Positions 12,140-27,957 of a DNA stretch of 64,000 bases are shown piece by piece. Source of the stretch: the human T2T-CHM13v2.0 reference genome, Homo sapiens. The notes beneath the pieces were generated by a model. That model was not told the origin of the DNA. It ran no database searches and saw only the letters and a program-made list of their open reading frames with translations. The stretch lies in the NCBI RefSeq assembly GCF_009914755.1, contig NC_060928.1. One strand, 5' to 3'. The position numbers and the translations under genes are program-made. How positions within the stretch are numbered: position 1 is the first letter of the stretch; every line of letters starts with the position of its first letter.

Positions 12140-14048
12140 ATTTTTTACTTTTATTTTTAGTTCAGGGGTACAGGTGCAGGCTTGTTACCTAGGTAAATTT
12201 GTTTCATGGGGGTTTGTTGTACAGATTATTTCATCACCCAGATATCAAGCCTAGTATCTATTAGTTATTTTTCCTGATTCTCTCCCTCCTCCCACCCTCC
12301 ACCCTTCTATAGGCCCCAGAGTGTGTTGTTCCCCTCTATGTGTCCATGTGTTCTCATCATTTAGCTCCCACTTATAAGTGAGAACAAGCGATATTTGGTT
12401 TTCTGATCCTATGTTGCAGTTTGCTAAGGATAATGGCCTCCAGTTCCATCCATGTTCATCAGAGGACATGATCTCATACTTTTTTATGGCAACATAGTAC
12501 TCCACAGTGTATATGTACCACAATTCCTTTAGTGTATAATTGATAGACATTTAGGTTGATTGCAGGTTTTTGCTATTGTGAACAGTATTGCAATGAACAT
12601 ACCTGTGCATGTTTATAACACAATGGTTTATATTCCTTTTGGTATATACCCAGTAATGGGATTGCTGGGTCAAATGGTATTTCTTTCTGTCTTTTGATTT
12701 TTGAGGAATCGTTACCCATCTTCCACAATGATTGCACTACTTTACACTCCCTCCAACAGTGTATAAGTGTTGCTTTTTCTTCACAATGGCACCAGCCTCT
12801 GTTATTTTTGACTTTTTAATAATACTCATTCTCACTGGTGCAAGATGGTATATCCTTATGGTTTTTATTGGAATTTATCTAATGATTGGTGATGTTGCAT
12901 CACCATTTTTGCATATGCTTAATGGCTGCATATATGATGTCTTCTTTCGAAAAGTTTTTTCATGTTCTTTGCTCACTTTTTTTATGGTGGTTTTTTTTTT
13001 TTTTTGTAAATTTAAGTTCCTTATAGATAATAGATGTTAAATTTCTGTCAGATGCATAGTTTTGCAAAAGCTTTCTCCCATCTGTAGGTTGTCTTTTTAC
13101 TTTGTTGGTAGTTTCTTTTGCTGTGAAGAAGCTCTTTAGTTTAATTAGGTCTCATTTGTCAATTTTTGCTTTTGTTGTAATCGTTTTCATCATCTTTGTC
13201 ATGAAATCTTTGCCAATGCCTATGTCCTGAATGCTATTGCCTAGGTTGTCTTCCAGAATTTGTGTACTTTTGGGCTTTACATGTAAGTCCTTAATCCATC
13301 ATGAGTTAAATTTTGTATATGGTGTAAGGAAGAGGTCCAGTTTTGATCTTCTACATATGGCTAGCCAGTTATCCAGCACTGCTTATTGAATAGAAAATCT
13401 TTTCCCCGATTGCTTGTTTTTGTCAAGTTTGTCAAAGATCAGATAGTAGTAGGTGTGCAGTCTCATTTCTAGGTTCTGTATTCTGTTCCTTTGGTCTATG
13501 TGTCTGTTTTGTACCAGTACCATGCTGTTTTGGTTACTGTAGCCCTGTAAAATAGTTTGAATTCAGGAGCTAACTTCCAGCTTTCTTCTTTTTGCTTAGG
13601 ATTCACTTGACTATTTGGGCTCATTTTTGGTTCTATATGAATTTTAAAATTTATTTTCTAGTTCTATGAAGATTGTCAATGATAGTTTAATAGGCATAGC
13701 ATTGAAGCTGTAAATTACTTTGGGAAGTATGGTCATTTTAACTATATTGATTCTTCCTACCTATGACCATGTAATGTTTTTACATTTGTTTGTGACATCT
13801 CTGATTCCTTTGAGAAGTGGTTTGTAGTTCTCCTTGTAGAAATCTTTCATCTTCCTAGTTAGCTGCATTCCTAGGTGTTTTATTCCTAAAAATTTTATTC
13901 CTGAAAATTTTATTCTTTTTGTAGGAACTGTGAATGGGAGTTTGTTCTTGATTTGACTCTCAGATTGACTCTTGTTGGCGTATAGGAATGCTAATAATTT
14001 TTCCACGTTGATTTTGTATCCTGAGACTTTGCTGAAGTTGTCAGCTTG
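12140..14048 (-). mobile_element. 5'-truncated L1 (older L1PA, about PA13-16): ORF2 3' part and 3' UTR
   Basis: T-rich tail then ttcaggggtacaggtgcagg... ORF 13761-14006 (-) gives L1 ORF2-like peptide [21 protein letters not shown]...KENYKPLLK. Confidence 0.9.
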
Positions 14049-15711
14049 GAATAAAAAGTAATTCAGATATAAAAAAATTGGGGCTGAAAAATTTGAAACA
14101 TAAATATTCAGATTTATTACAGCATTTATTATATTATTACCTATATTCCATTAGTTTGATATATGAAAAAGCAAATTCACATAATTAAAACTCTTGAAGG
14201 AATTCATATTAAAGAAATACTTCTTTTATACTTTTCTAACCATTTGGTTGAATTCACACAAGAAGATTTGTAAAAATATGACATGATTGAGGAATCAGAG
14301 TACCTCTAGGAGAGGGATAGAACTCTGTTATAAATATTTAATTCATAAGTAAAATTATTTCAATTTTAATATTAACTTTAATAAAATGAAAATATCTTAG
14401 CCTCCACTTGTGGAAAAAGGCACCAAATATTTTGAGAATATCTAAATTATTATCATCTGTTACAAAATGAGTAAATAAACCATGTTGTACATTCTATGAG
14501 CTTTTTAATGCTTTGATATATTAAATCTTAAACCAACTCAATTGCTTCACTTGCTGATCTGTACATTCTATTGTATTGAACTATAGAAAATAATTATTAA
14601 GCACAGCATAAACTTTTACTTAATTTATATTTAAACTTTTTTTTGTTTTTTACATTTAGTTGACATTTACTCCTCTGATTAACTTTGTTATTAATTAAAA
14701 TGGAGTAAGTTTGCTTTGCTGATATTCTGGATAGGACACACAGAATGCTGATAAAATTTGAGACAGTAGCAACAGCTAAATGTTGACAGCATTGAAGATT
14801 TTGTGTTACTTTGCACCAGAATGACAGTACTTTTTGTCCTTTCCTTTCAGAAACACAGTAATGGACAGAAACAGTGTCCAAAAGAGATGCAGTCAGCTAG
14901 GGATAAATAAAATATGACTGGTGAGAACTCAGCAGAATTTCTTCATAAAAACTGTAAAAATGGTGACTTAATATTTTTTGAATGGTGTCCTTTCACAGAC
15001 AAAGCAGAACTGACAGATTAATAGTAGGTATTTTGTTGAATGAGACATTTTGAAACTTCTAAATTTATTCTCGACTTTGATTGATGCTGAGGTATGTAAT
15101 TTGGTTACCTATTTTGTATCGTTTGACTCTAAAAATGCTTTAAACATGTATAGATAGAAGGCTCTAGGAGCACTTTTAAAGTATTTGCATTGTACACTTT
15201 ACACACATAATGTGGATAGTTTCTCATGACATGATTGTCTGTAGATAGAAGGCTGTATGAGCACTTTTCTAAAAGCTGATGATACAAACAGAAAAAAAAA
15301 TGATGATGGAAACCAACAAAAATATACCTGAGCTGAACAGGACTTATTAATTCATCGGGAGAACCTTGGCATGAGAAACAAAAGACATAACTAATGGACT
15401 AAAGAATCAATGGGAGAGAGAAAATAAAAATATCTAAACAGTATAAGTGCAGTTAGGAGACAGGTTATGAGGCATAATTGCTAATATCTTATCAGTTGTT
15501 CATGCCCTAAGTTAAAGAAGAAAATTATTTTTTCTCAGATATGTCCATTAAGAAGTGCAGAAATATTCTGGAGTCAGAGTGAAAAAGAAAAACCTAGCCA
15601 TGTTCTTTGATGGATATTTTGTAGTAGAATTCAATTTACATTTATGACTCTTCATACAGTTTTTAAAACTCTACAAAACAATCATAAAGTATCTTCATCA
15701 TATAGTTCCTC

Positions 15712-18472
<2,761 letters not shown>

Positions 18473-18838
18473 CAACGTACCAGTATCTCTGAGACACAGC
18501 TGAAGCAGTGTTTGTTTGAACAACCCTTCAAAAAAAAATCAGTGAAATCAGGAGCTGCGTTTTTGAAAAGATTAACTAAATAGATGGACCACTAGCCAGA
18601 ATAATAAGAAAAGAGAGAAGAATCAAATAGATACAATAAAAAGTGACAAAGGGGATACCACCACTGATCTCACAGAAATATAAACTACCGAGAGAGAATA
18701 CTATAAATACCTCTATGAAAATAAACTAGAAAATCTAGAAGAAATGGATAAATTCTTGGACAGTTACGCTCTGCCAAGACTAAACCAGGAAGAAGTCGAA
18801 TGCCTAAATAGACCAATAACAAGATCTGAAATTGTAGC

Positions 18839-19799
18839 TGTGGGGAAAAGCAAGAGAGATCAGATTGTTACTGTGTCTGTGTAGAAAGAAGTAGACATGG
18901 GAGACTCCATTTTGTTCTGTACTAAGAAAAATTCTTCTGCCTTGGGATTCTGTGACCTTACCCCCAACCCCGTGCTCTCTGAAATATGTGCTGTGTCAAA
19001 CTCAGGGTTAAATGGATTAAGGGTTGTGCAAGATGTGCTTTGTTAAACAGAAGCTTGAAGGCAGCATGCTCCTTAAGAGTCATCACCACTCCCTAATCTC
19101 AAGTACCCAGGGACACAAACACTGCGGAAGGCCGCAGGGACCTCTGCCTAGGAAAGCCAGGTATTGTCCAAGGTTTCTCCCCATGTGATAGTCTGAAATA
19201 TGGCCTCGTGGGAAGGGAAAGACCTGACCGTCCCCTAGCCCGACACCCGTAAAGGGTCTGTGCTGAGGAGGATTAGTAAAAGAGGAAGGAATGCCTCTTG
19301 CAGTTGAGACAAGAGGAAGGCATCTGTCTCCTGCCCGTCCCTGGGCAATGGAATGTCTCGGTATAAAACCCGATTGTATGTTCCATCTACTGAGATAGGG
19401 AAAAACCGCCTTAGGGCTGGAGGTGGGACATGCGGGCAACAATACTGCTTTGTAAAGCATTGAGATGTTTACGTGTATGCATATCTAAAAGCACAGCACT
19501 TAATCCTTTACCTTGTCTATGATGCAAAGACCTTTGTTCACGTGTTTGTCTGTTGACCCTCTCCCCACAATTGTCTTGTGACCCTGACACATCCCTCTCT
19601 CGGAGAAACACCCACGAATGATCAATAAATACTAAGGGAACTCAGAGGCTGGCGGGATCTTCCATATGCTAAACGCTGGTTCCCCGGGTCCCCTTATTTC
19701 TTTCTCTATACTTTGTCTCTGTGTCTTTTTCTTTTCCAAGTCTCTCGTTCCATCTTACGAGAAACACCCACAGGTGTGGAGGGGCAACCCACCCCTTCA
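18839..19799 (+). mobile_element. HERV-K(HML-2) solo LTR, LTR5_Hs-like, 961 bp
   Basis: Starts tgtggggaaaagcaagagagatcagattgttac and ends ggggcaacccaccccttca. Exact 6-bp TSD tgtagc (18833-18838 / 19800-19805). Contains tataaaa (19362-19368) and aataaa (19624-19629). Confidence 0.95.
19522..19538 (+). promoter_or_regulatory. OCT4-type motif ATGCAAAG with adjacent SOX-like CTTTGTT in the LTR5 U3
   Basis: The sequence reads gATGCAAAGacCTTTGTTc. Its position (LTR nt ~684-691, in a copy with an ~8-bp upstream deletion) corresponds to the OCT4 site described for LTR5_Hs. Binding at this copy is not shown. Confidence 0.6.
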
Positions 19800-21748
19800 T
19801 GTAGCAGTAATTAATAGCCTACCAACCAAAAAAAACCCAGGGCCAGAGAGATACAGAGCTGAATTATACCAGAGGCACCAAAAGGAGGTGGTAACCTGCC
19901 TTCTGAGACTATTCCAAACAATAGAAAAAGAGGGACTCCTCCCTAACTCATTTTAGGAGTCTAGCATGATCCTGATACCAAAACCTGACAGAGACACCAC
20001 AAAAATAGAAAATTTCAGGCCAACACCTCTGATGAACATTGATGCGACAATCCTCAATAAAATACTGGCAAGCTGAGTCCAGCAGCACATCAAAAATCTT
20101 ATCTTCCACGATCAAGTCAGCTTCATCCCTGGGATGCAAGTCTGGTTCCACAAACACAAATCAATAAACGTAATCCATCACAAAAACTGAATCAATGATA
20201 AAAACTACATGATTATCTCAATAGATGCAAAAAAGGCCTTTCATAAAATTCAACACCTGTTCATGCTAAAAACTCTCCATAAACAAGGTACTGATGAAAC
20301 TTACCTCAAAGTAGTAAGAGCTATTTAAGACAAACCCACAGCCAATATCATACTGAATGGGTAAAAGCTGGAAGCATTCCCTTTGAAAACCAGCACAAGA
20401 CAAGAATGCCCTCCCTCACCACTCCTATTCAACATAGAATTGGAAGTTCTGGCCAGGGCAATCAGGTAAGAGAAAGAAATAAAGGTATTCAGATAAGAAG
20501 AGAGGAAATCAAATTGTCTCTGTTTGCAGATGACATGACTGTATATTTAGAAAACCCCATCATCTCAGCCCAAAATGTCCTTAAGCTGATAAACAACTTT
20601 AGCAAAGTCTCAGGATACAAAATCGGTGTGCATAAATCACAAACATTCCTATACACCAATAATAGACAAACAGCTAAATCATGAGTGAACTCCCATTCAC
20701 AAATGCTACAAAGAGAAGAAAATACCTAAGAATACAACTTACAAGGGATGTGAAGGACATCTTCAATAGAACTACAAGCCACTGCTCAAGGAAATAAGAG
20801 AGGACACAAACAAATGGAAAAACATTCCAAGCTCATGGATAATAAGAATCAATATTGTGAAAATGGTCATACTGCCCAAAGTAATTGATAGATTCAATGC
20901 TATCCCCTTCAAGCTACCATTGACTTTCTTCACACAATTAGAAAAAACCTACTTTAAATGTCATATGGAACCAAAAGAGAGCCCACATTGCCTAGACAAT
21001 CATAAGCAAAAAGAACAAAGCTGGTGTCACCATGCTATCTGACTTTAAGCTATACTATAAGGCTACAGTAACCAAAACAGCGTGATACTGCTACCAAAAT
21101 AGATATATAGACCAATGGAACAGAACAGACCTCAGAAATAATCCCACACATCTACAACCATCTGATCTTTGACAAATCTGACAAAAACAAACAATGGAGA
21201 AAGGATTCCCTATTTACTAAATGGCATTGGGAAAACTGGCTAGCCATATGCAGAAAAGTGAGATTTCTTTTTCTATTTAATTTCTTAAAAATTATTGCTT
21301 ACCATTAAGCAAAAACAATAAGACTCAAAGTGCAGTATCTTATGTTAACACTGTTTGGATTCCTTGGAAAAGAATATAGCTATAAACTAAAATGAATGGT
21401 AAAATGGACATCATTCGTTATATAAGATAAAATAGCATTTCTTTTTGAAGTACCTTGAGAGTAACAAAGTATTATGTTGATTTCTCTTGAATTAATCACT
21501 AATAGTTTCAGTTTTATAGCATTTTAAAGAGTAATATGATTAATGAGCTATTTTAACACTGAAAAGTACTTTAACAAAGTATTAGACTATATCCGAAGAC
21601 AATTTAGTAAGTAATATCTCTACATTTTAAGGGCATATGATTTAAGACATATGCTAGTACTTAGTTTTAGTATTTAGTGTTTTGTATTATCTGAACCAAC
21701 AGACACAATAAAATCTTAATTGTGTATTAAATAAAATTATTTAATATT

Positions 21749-22121
21749 TGCAGCAGCTTGAATGGTTTGTGTCCCCTGAAAAATTCATGTTGGAAGTTAA
21801 ACCCCAATGTAATAGCATTAAGAGGGAGAGACATTAGGAGGTGATTAGGTCATGAGGGAAGAGTCTTCATCAATGATATCAGTCACCTTAAAAAAGGGCT
21901 GGAGGAAACTAGTCAGCCCATTTTTGTCCTTCCACCTTCCACCATGTGAAGACATAGTTTTCATACATTCTGCCATGTAATGATGCAGTAAGAAAGTCCT
22001 CACCAGACACTACTGGTGTCTTGATCTTGGATCTCTCAGCCTCCAGAACTATAAAAACTAATTTCTGTTTTATATAAATTACTCAAAGTATTTTGCTATA
22101 GCCACACATTAAACTGAGACA
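21749..22121 (+). mobile_element. MSTC/MSTD-like MaLR solo LTR
   Basis: tg...ttgaatggtttgtgtcccctgaaaaattcatgttg...aaactgagaca with exact 5-bp TSD atatt (21744-21748 / 22122-22126). Confidence 0.85.
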
Positions 22122-22384
22122 ATATTTACAAACAATATGCATATCTTTTTGTAAAAACTATGTTTCTTAAAACCTAAAGAATGTTTTTCTGGAAAGAGTT
22201 TCAAAAAAAGTTTGATTTTGGAGAAAAACTGATAAGAAAATGTTTTTCTAATTTTTATTGATGTTTAGGCATCTGCATGTATTTGAAAGTTTTGTACATG
22301 AGTCTTCCAATATTTCATGTCGATAGCTAATGCACACATAATCTTGATAGTGCTACTATGTCACCTTGGAATACATTTTATTAA

Positions 22385-22560
22385 TAATAATTGAAGTAAT
22401 AGTTGTTGGTAACAGTTTTTAAAGTTTTATTTTGTGCTAGATATGATATTAAAGTCTTTACATATATTGACCAAATTTATTTTAAAACAATCTTGTTAAG
22501 AAGAGACACTCATAGCCTAGTTATAAAATAAAAAACCTGAAAATAAGAAATAGTAGATCA
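22385..22560 (-). mobile_element. Degenerate MIR
   Basis: Weak similarity: ttttattttgtgctagatatgatattaaagtctttacatatattgacc...aacaatcttg...aaacctgaaaataag. Confidence 0.4.
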
Positions 22561-25500
22561 GCGACTGATGCAGGCTGAGACAATTTAGGTATCAGGCTTG
22601 AGAAATAAGCCTCAATCTGTTTTTCAACAACATTTTAACTATATTGATAGTAATAAAATCCATGATTTACTGTGTATTAATATATAAAATGTTTCTTAAA
22701 GCAAATTAGTTGGCATACTCAAGTAACATAGTAATTCAGAACTATAAAAAATATTAATTACCATATAATAAATATATTCCTTGATTACTAAAAGGCCTCC
22801 TTTAAACCTAATGTTTTATTACAACACTGATACATGAATATTGAGTGAAATAACTGATATGTGAATAGTCAGTGAAATAAGACTCATTCTACCTGAGACA
22901 ACTTTAAAGTCACACATGGATTGTGCTGATTGTGAGAAAAAATATACTTTTAAAAATTCAGATTATATGTGTTTCCATACATTCCAATCATTAGAATTTG
23001 CATACTGCATAAAGACTCACAGATCATGTCTAATCTTTCCTACAGGAGAGTGAAGACCATTATTCTGTTCCTGTGATTCTTCAAGTGTAAAGCTTGATAG
23101 AGACTGAATTGATTTGGTTAAATTGTTGCAGTCAAATCTAAAATGAACATGTGTCAGATAATTTACTTAAGTCATTAATAATGAATAAATTAATAGTTGT
23201 TACAACTTAAAAAGCATTTGAAAAGCTTAGGATATATAGGCAATTTAACCAATATATTTTAGGAGATTACTGGTTGGATACAAAACTAGTGAATGTGCAA
23301 AAGTGCAAGAAACCACAATATCTGGCTTTCACTGTTATTTGAATCTCTACCAGACAAAAATCCACATGTTAACTTCTGCTCAAGAATTTAAAATTACTTT
23401 ACTAATAAAATGTCATACTCTGAACTTCAGTGGACAATAACTTCTTATAAATATGTCTAACATTTAGAATAAGTTTTAACACTAAACTAAACATTTTTTA
23501 AAACTTAAAAGATCTCATTTCATTTCCATTTCAGCTAATCTTCCCATGCCTTAAACTTATGTTCCTTCCATCTCCAAAATTTTAAAATTCAGCCTATGTA
23601 TGAACCATTTCTTATGGGTTTCTTTCTCTTATTTCCACTACATTTAAACTTGATATTTGTATACAGCCAACCCTATTGTTTACAAGGTGGAAACTAGCTC
23701 TTGACTTTATTTACCTCTAACCTTAACCTAAATCTTTGATTTATTTTGAAACCTCTTTGTTGCCAGAATCTTCCCCTTTCTAACACACTGCCCTTTTTAA
23801 CACAATCCAACACATCCCAGCATGCCCCTATTTTTCTTATGTGTTTCTACTTCTTTGTGGCTGAAGATTGCTAATGACAATTTCATTCTGGTGTTATTAC
23901 TCTTAGCCATTTCTTCAGCCTCCAATCTTCCTTTAATTTAATTTTATTCTTATATCAGTAATGCCTACAGCTTGCTTGGGGGCATATTGCATTAAGAGGA
24001 AGATAATATGTGGTTAGCATACACATGCATGATAGTCTACCTTCCAGGAGAGTCCGGCCCAACAAACCAAATGCTTGTTTTCCTTTGGTCTGGAATGAAA
24101 TGATGATCTGATGACATTGTAGTCATTGTCTACTAACTGGAAGAGCCAAATTAGCTAGAAATAGGGAGATGCCGGGAATAGGATGAGGGTACCGAGTAGT
24201 ATTTAAAACTCATATTTATTCCTCCATTAAGAATCTATTTTCACAGAACTACCCTGATTCTATCTTTAGCCTTGTCTTGTTTGCAATTATTATCATTTAT
24301 AAAGACAAAATAAAGACAATCTCAAAAACGTTGATGTTTCTTTTGACAGACTTCAACAACCCTTTCTTTTTGAGGCTCTCTGTAAGCATATTATACTCTC
24401 GTTTACTTTGATTTGATATATTTATATCACCTATTTATTTGTTGTTTTAGAACAAAATGCGAACTAATGTTGTTGTAATTTGGAAAAAAATATTAATTAC
24501 AACTCTGAAAACTCATTGGTTAAATATAAAGTAAAAATTAGATTATTTCGTGCTATGCTTTGCATTTGGGTAGGCACTTAAATCCATCCTTCATCATTGC
24601 CAAACATTACTGCAAGCAGTATCTATTTTCATAAGGTTTAAACTTTTTCAAGCACAAAATTCACAATGTATAAATTAAAAAGTGCTTATTAACAGACACA
24701 TTGACAAACATTCCTTAAATACTATCACAGAAATTTTTAAAATACATAGTTGAGGTATTCTTGTTAATATGTATTTCTCAATAGAAAACTGATCAGAGAA
24801 AGAATCTGCCTTCTCAGAGTAAAGTGTTGCTTTCTATTTTTATTTATGTCTGAAGAAGAAACACTGGAGAAGTCTTCCTATTAAATGAAACTCACCAAGT
24901 GTGATAATAACTGACATTCAATAATAGTAAAAGTTTAAACATTTTTCATATTGAATTCCTAAGGCTACTCTTTAAATGTATTGAATTGAATTACCTTAAA
25001 CATTTTCTTTCATTTCACTGCATTATTTGCTTTTGTGTTTAGAATTAATGTGTTTTAAAATATTTGAATATATGACATTAGAATGCATGACTATTAATCT
25101 TATTAATGAGCTATGATTATAAAAGAACTAACATTTTGCCACAGAATAATAATGGCTGATCCTTACCTAGGAAAACTTTCCGTAAGCAGTATGAATGAAC
25201 CAAGATATCAAATCTTATTTTCTTTAAAAACTTACATTTTATTGCTTTTTGGCATATTTAACACTAAATTTATTGGCCTTTTGGAAAGTATCACTATGAT
25301 TCAATTTTCATCAAAATAACAAACCTCTAGACAAACTATAAAATCTTGTGATAGATCTTAAGCTCAGTTCATAAGCCATGAAGCACAATGCCCTAGGACC
25401 AGAAGATTTTTGTGTAATTACATAGACATTACATTATATATAAGCACTGTCAAATAATGTGAGAATTTGACATTTCAATTGTTCACACTTGCAACAGACA

Positions 25501-25635
25501 TTATTGCCAGCTGCAGGAGATGAAAAGATGGCAAATGAGGTATGGAAGAAAGAAGGAGCAAAGTTCAGAAAATAGTAAGGACAGGGCCAATGTACAATTT
25601 TTTTAATGTATAAACTGACACCTTTTGTTTCTAAT

Positions 25636-26197
25636 TGTAATGGTTAATATTAGGTGTCACCTTGATTCGATTGAAGGATGCTTAGATGGCTAGTAAAGTA
25701 TTATTTCTGGATGTGTCTGTGAGGTGTTGCCTGAGGAGACTGACATTTGAGTCAGTGGACTGGGAGAGGAAGACCCACTCTGAACGTGGGTGGGCAGTAT
25801 CCAATCGGCTGCCAGGTAAAGAGCTGGGATAAGCTGGCTTGCTGAGTCTTCTGGCTTTCATCTTTCTCCCGTGCTGGGTAGTTCCTTCCATTCCTCTCGC
25901 TCTTGGAAATGAGACTCCACGTTCTTTGGCTTTTGGACTCTTGGACTTACACCAGTGGTTTGCTGGGCTGAGGGCTCTCAGGACTTTGGCCATGGACTGA
26001 AGACTGAACCGTTGGCTTTCCTACTTTTGAGGCTTTTGGAATGGACTGAGCCACTACTGGCTTCTTTCTTCCCCAGCTTGCAGACAGCCAGTCATGGGAC
26101 TTTGCCCTGTGATCCTGTAAGCCATTTCTCCCTAACAAGCTCCCTTCATATATACATATATCCTATTAGTTCTGTCCTTCTGGAGAACCCTAACACA
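25636..26197 (+). mobile_element. MLT2A-like ERVL solo LTR
   Basis: tgtaatggttaatattaggtgtcaccttgatt...tcctattagttctgtccttctggagaaccctaacaca with 5-bp TSD ctaat (25631-25635 / 26198-26202). Confidence 0.9.
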
Positions 26198-27369
26198 CTA
26201 ATTAATCCAACCCTAATACACTAATTAATACTTTTGTGTTCTTTTTTCTTTTTAAAAAATTTTTAAAATTTTTTATTTTAAAGGAACATGATATGTGTAT
26301 AGTTTTATGAGGTACATGAGGTAATAATCACATCAGGGTAAATAAGGTATCCATAACATCAAGTATTTGTCCTTTGTGTTGCAAACAATCCAATTATATT
26401 ATTTTAATTATTTTTAAAATGTACAATTAAATTATTTCTGACTATACTCACCTTATTATGCTATCAAATACTAGGTTTTAGTCATTCTTTCTGGGGTTTT
26501 TTTCCCATTAACCATCCCCTTCCCCTTGCTACCACCCGCTACCTTTCTCAGTCCTTAGTAACCATCCTTCCATTAATACTCTCTATCTCCATGAGTTCAA
26601 TTCTTTTAATTTTAGATCCCACAAATAAGTGAGAACATGCAAAGTTTGCTTTCTGTGCCTGGGTTATTTTACTTAATTATCTACAGTTTCATCCATATTG
26701 TTGCAAGTGACTGGATCTCATTTTATATGGCTGAATAGTACTTCATTGTATTTCTGTACCACAATTACTTTATCCATTCATCCTCTGATAGACACTTAGG
26801 TTGCTTCCAAATATTGGCTATTCTGAATTGTGCTGTAGTAAACATGGGAGTGGAGATATCTCTTTGATATACTGATTTCCCTTCTTGTGGGTATATATCC
26901 AGTATTAGGATTGCCAGTTTATATGGTAGCTCTATTTTTATTATTTAAGGAACCTCCATACTGTTCTCCATAGTGGTTGTACTAATACACACTCCCAACA
27001 ATAGTGTACAAATGTTACCTTTTCTCCACATTCTCTTCAGCATTTGTCTGTCTTTTGGATAAAAGCCATTTTAAGTGGGGTAAGATATCTCATTTCAATT
27101 TTGATTTGCATTTCTTTAATGATCAATAATGTTGAGCACCTTTTCTTATGCCTGTTTGACATTTGTATGTCTTCTTTGGAGAAGTGTCTATTTATGTCTT
27201 TTGTCCATTTTTAAATAAGATTATTAAATTTTCTCCTACAGAGATACTTGAGCTCCTTATATATTGTGGTTATTAATCCGTTGTCAGATGGGTAGTTTTC
27301 AGATATTTTTTCCCATTCTGTGTGTTGTCTCTTTACTTTGCTGATTGTTTACTTTGTTGTGCAGAAGGG

Positions 27370-27738
27370 TTTTTTTTAACTTTTAAATTCAGGGGTACAA
27401 GTACAGGTTTGTTACATAGGTAAACTTGTGCCATGGAGGTTTGTTTTACAGATTATTTCCTCACCCAGGTATTAAGCCTAGTACCCATTAGTTATTTCCC
27501 TGATCCTCTATCTCCTCTCACCCTCCACTCTCCAAAAATCCCCAGTATGTGTTGTTTCCTCTGTGTGTCCATGGTTCATGTGTTCTCATTATTTAGCTCC
27601 CACTTATAAGTGAGAACATGTGGTTTTTGTTTTTCTGTTCCTGTGTTAGTTTGCTAAGGATAATGGCCTGAAGCTTTATCCATGTCCCTGCAAAGGACAT
27701 GACATTATTCTTTTTTCATGGCTGCATAGTATTCTATG

Positions 27739-27807
<69 letters not shown>

Positions 27808-27957
27808 CACCACATTTTTTAATCCAGTCTATCATTGATGAGCTTTTAGGTTGACATACCCAAAGGAATAGAAATCACTCAATTATAAAGACACATGCAC
27901 ACATATGTTCATTGCAGCACTATTCACAATAGCAAAGACATGGAATCAGCCTAAATC
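27370..27957 (-). mobile_element. Nested older L1PA 3' end with 5' inversion
   Basis: Poly-T and ttcaggggtacaagtacagg...ttaggttga (to ~27854), then a plus-strand piece catacccaaagg...catggaatcagcctaaat. The host L1MA resumes at tgcaggtttttaac. Confidence 0.8.
27740..27807. repeat. Compound (TG)n(TA)n microsatellite
   Basis: Read directly: about 22 TG units then about 12 TA units. Confidence 0.95.

Larger units (their letters stand above)
18473..21258 (+). mobile_element. L1PA ORF2 segment, right arm of the palindrome (no 3' UTR), interrupted by LTR5
   Basis: Sense ORF2 sequence from caacgtaccag to gccatatgcagaaa. ORF 20406-20684 carries LFADDM and is nearly the same peptide as the left-arm ORF 16893-17171. 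Confidence 0.95.

Noticed and set aside
18839-19956. HERV-K provirus, SVA element or LTR-encoded proteins (ORFs 19083-19460, 19666-19956)
   Set aside because: It is a single full LTR with TG...CA ends bounded by a 6-bp TSD. There is no PBS, gag, pol or env and no SVA VNTR or hexamer, so the ORFs are incidental.
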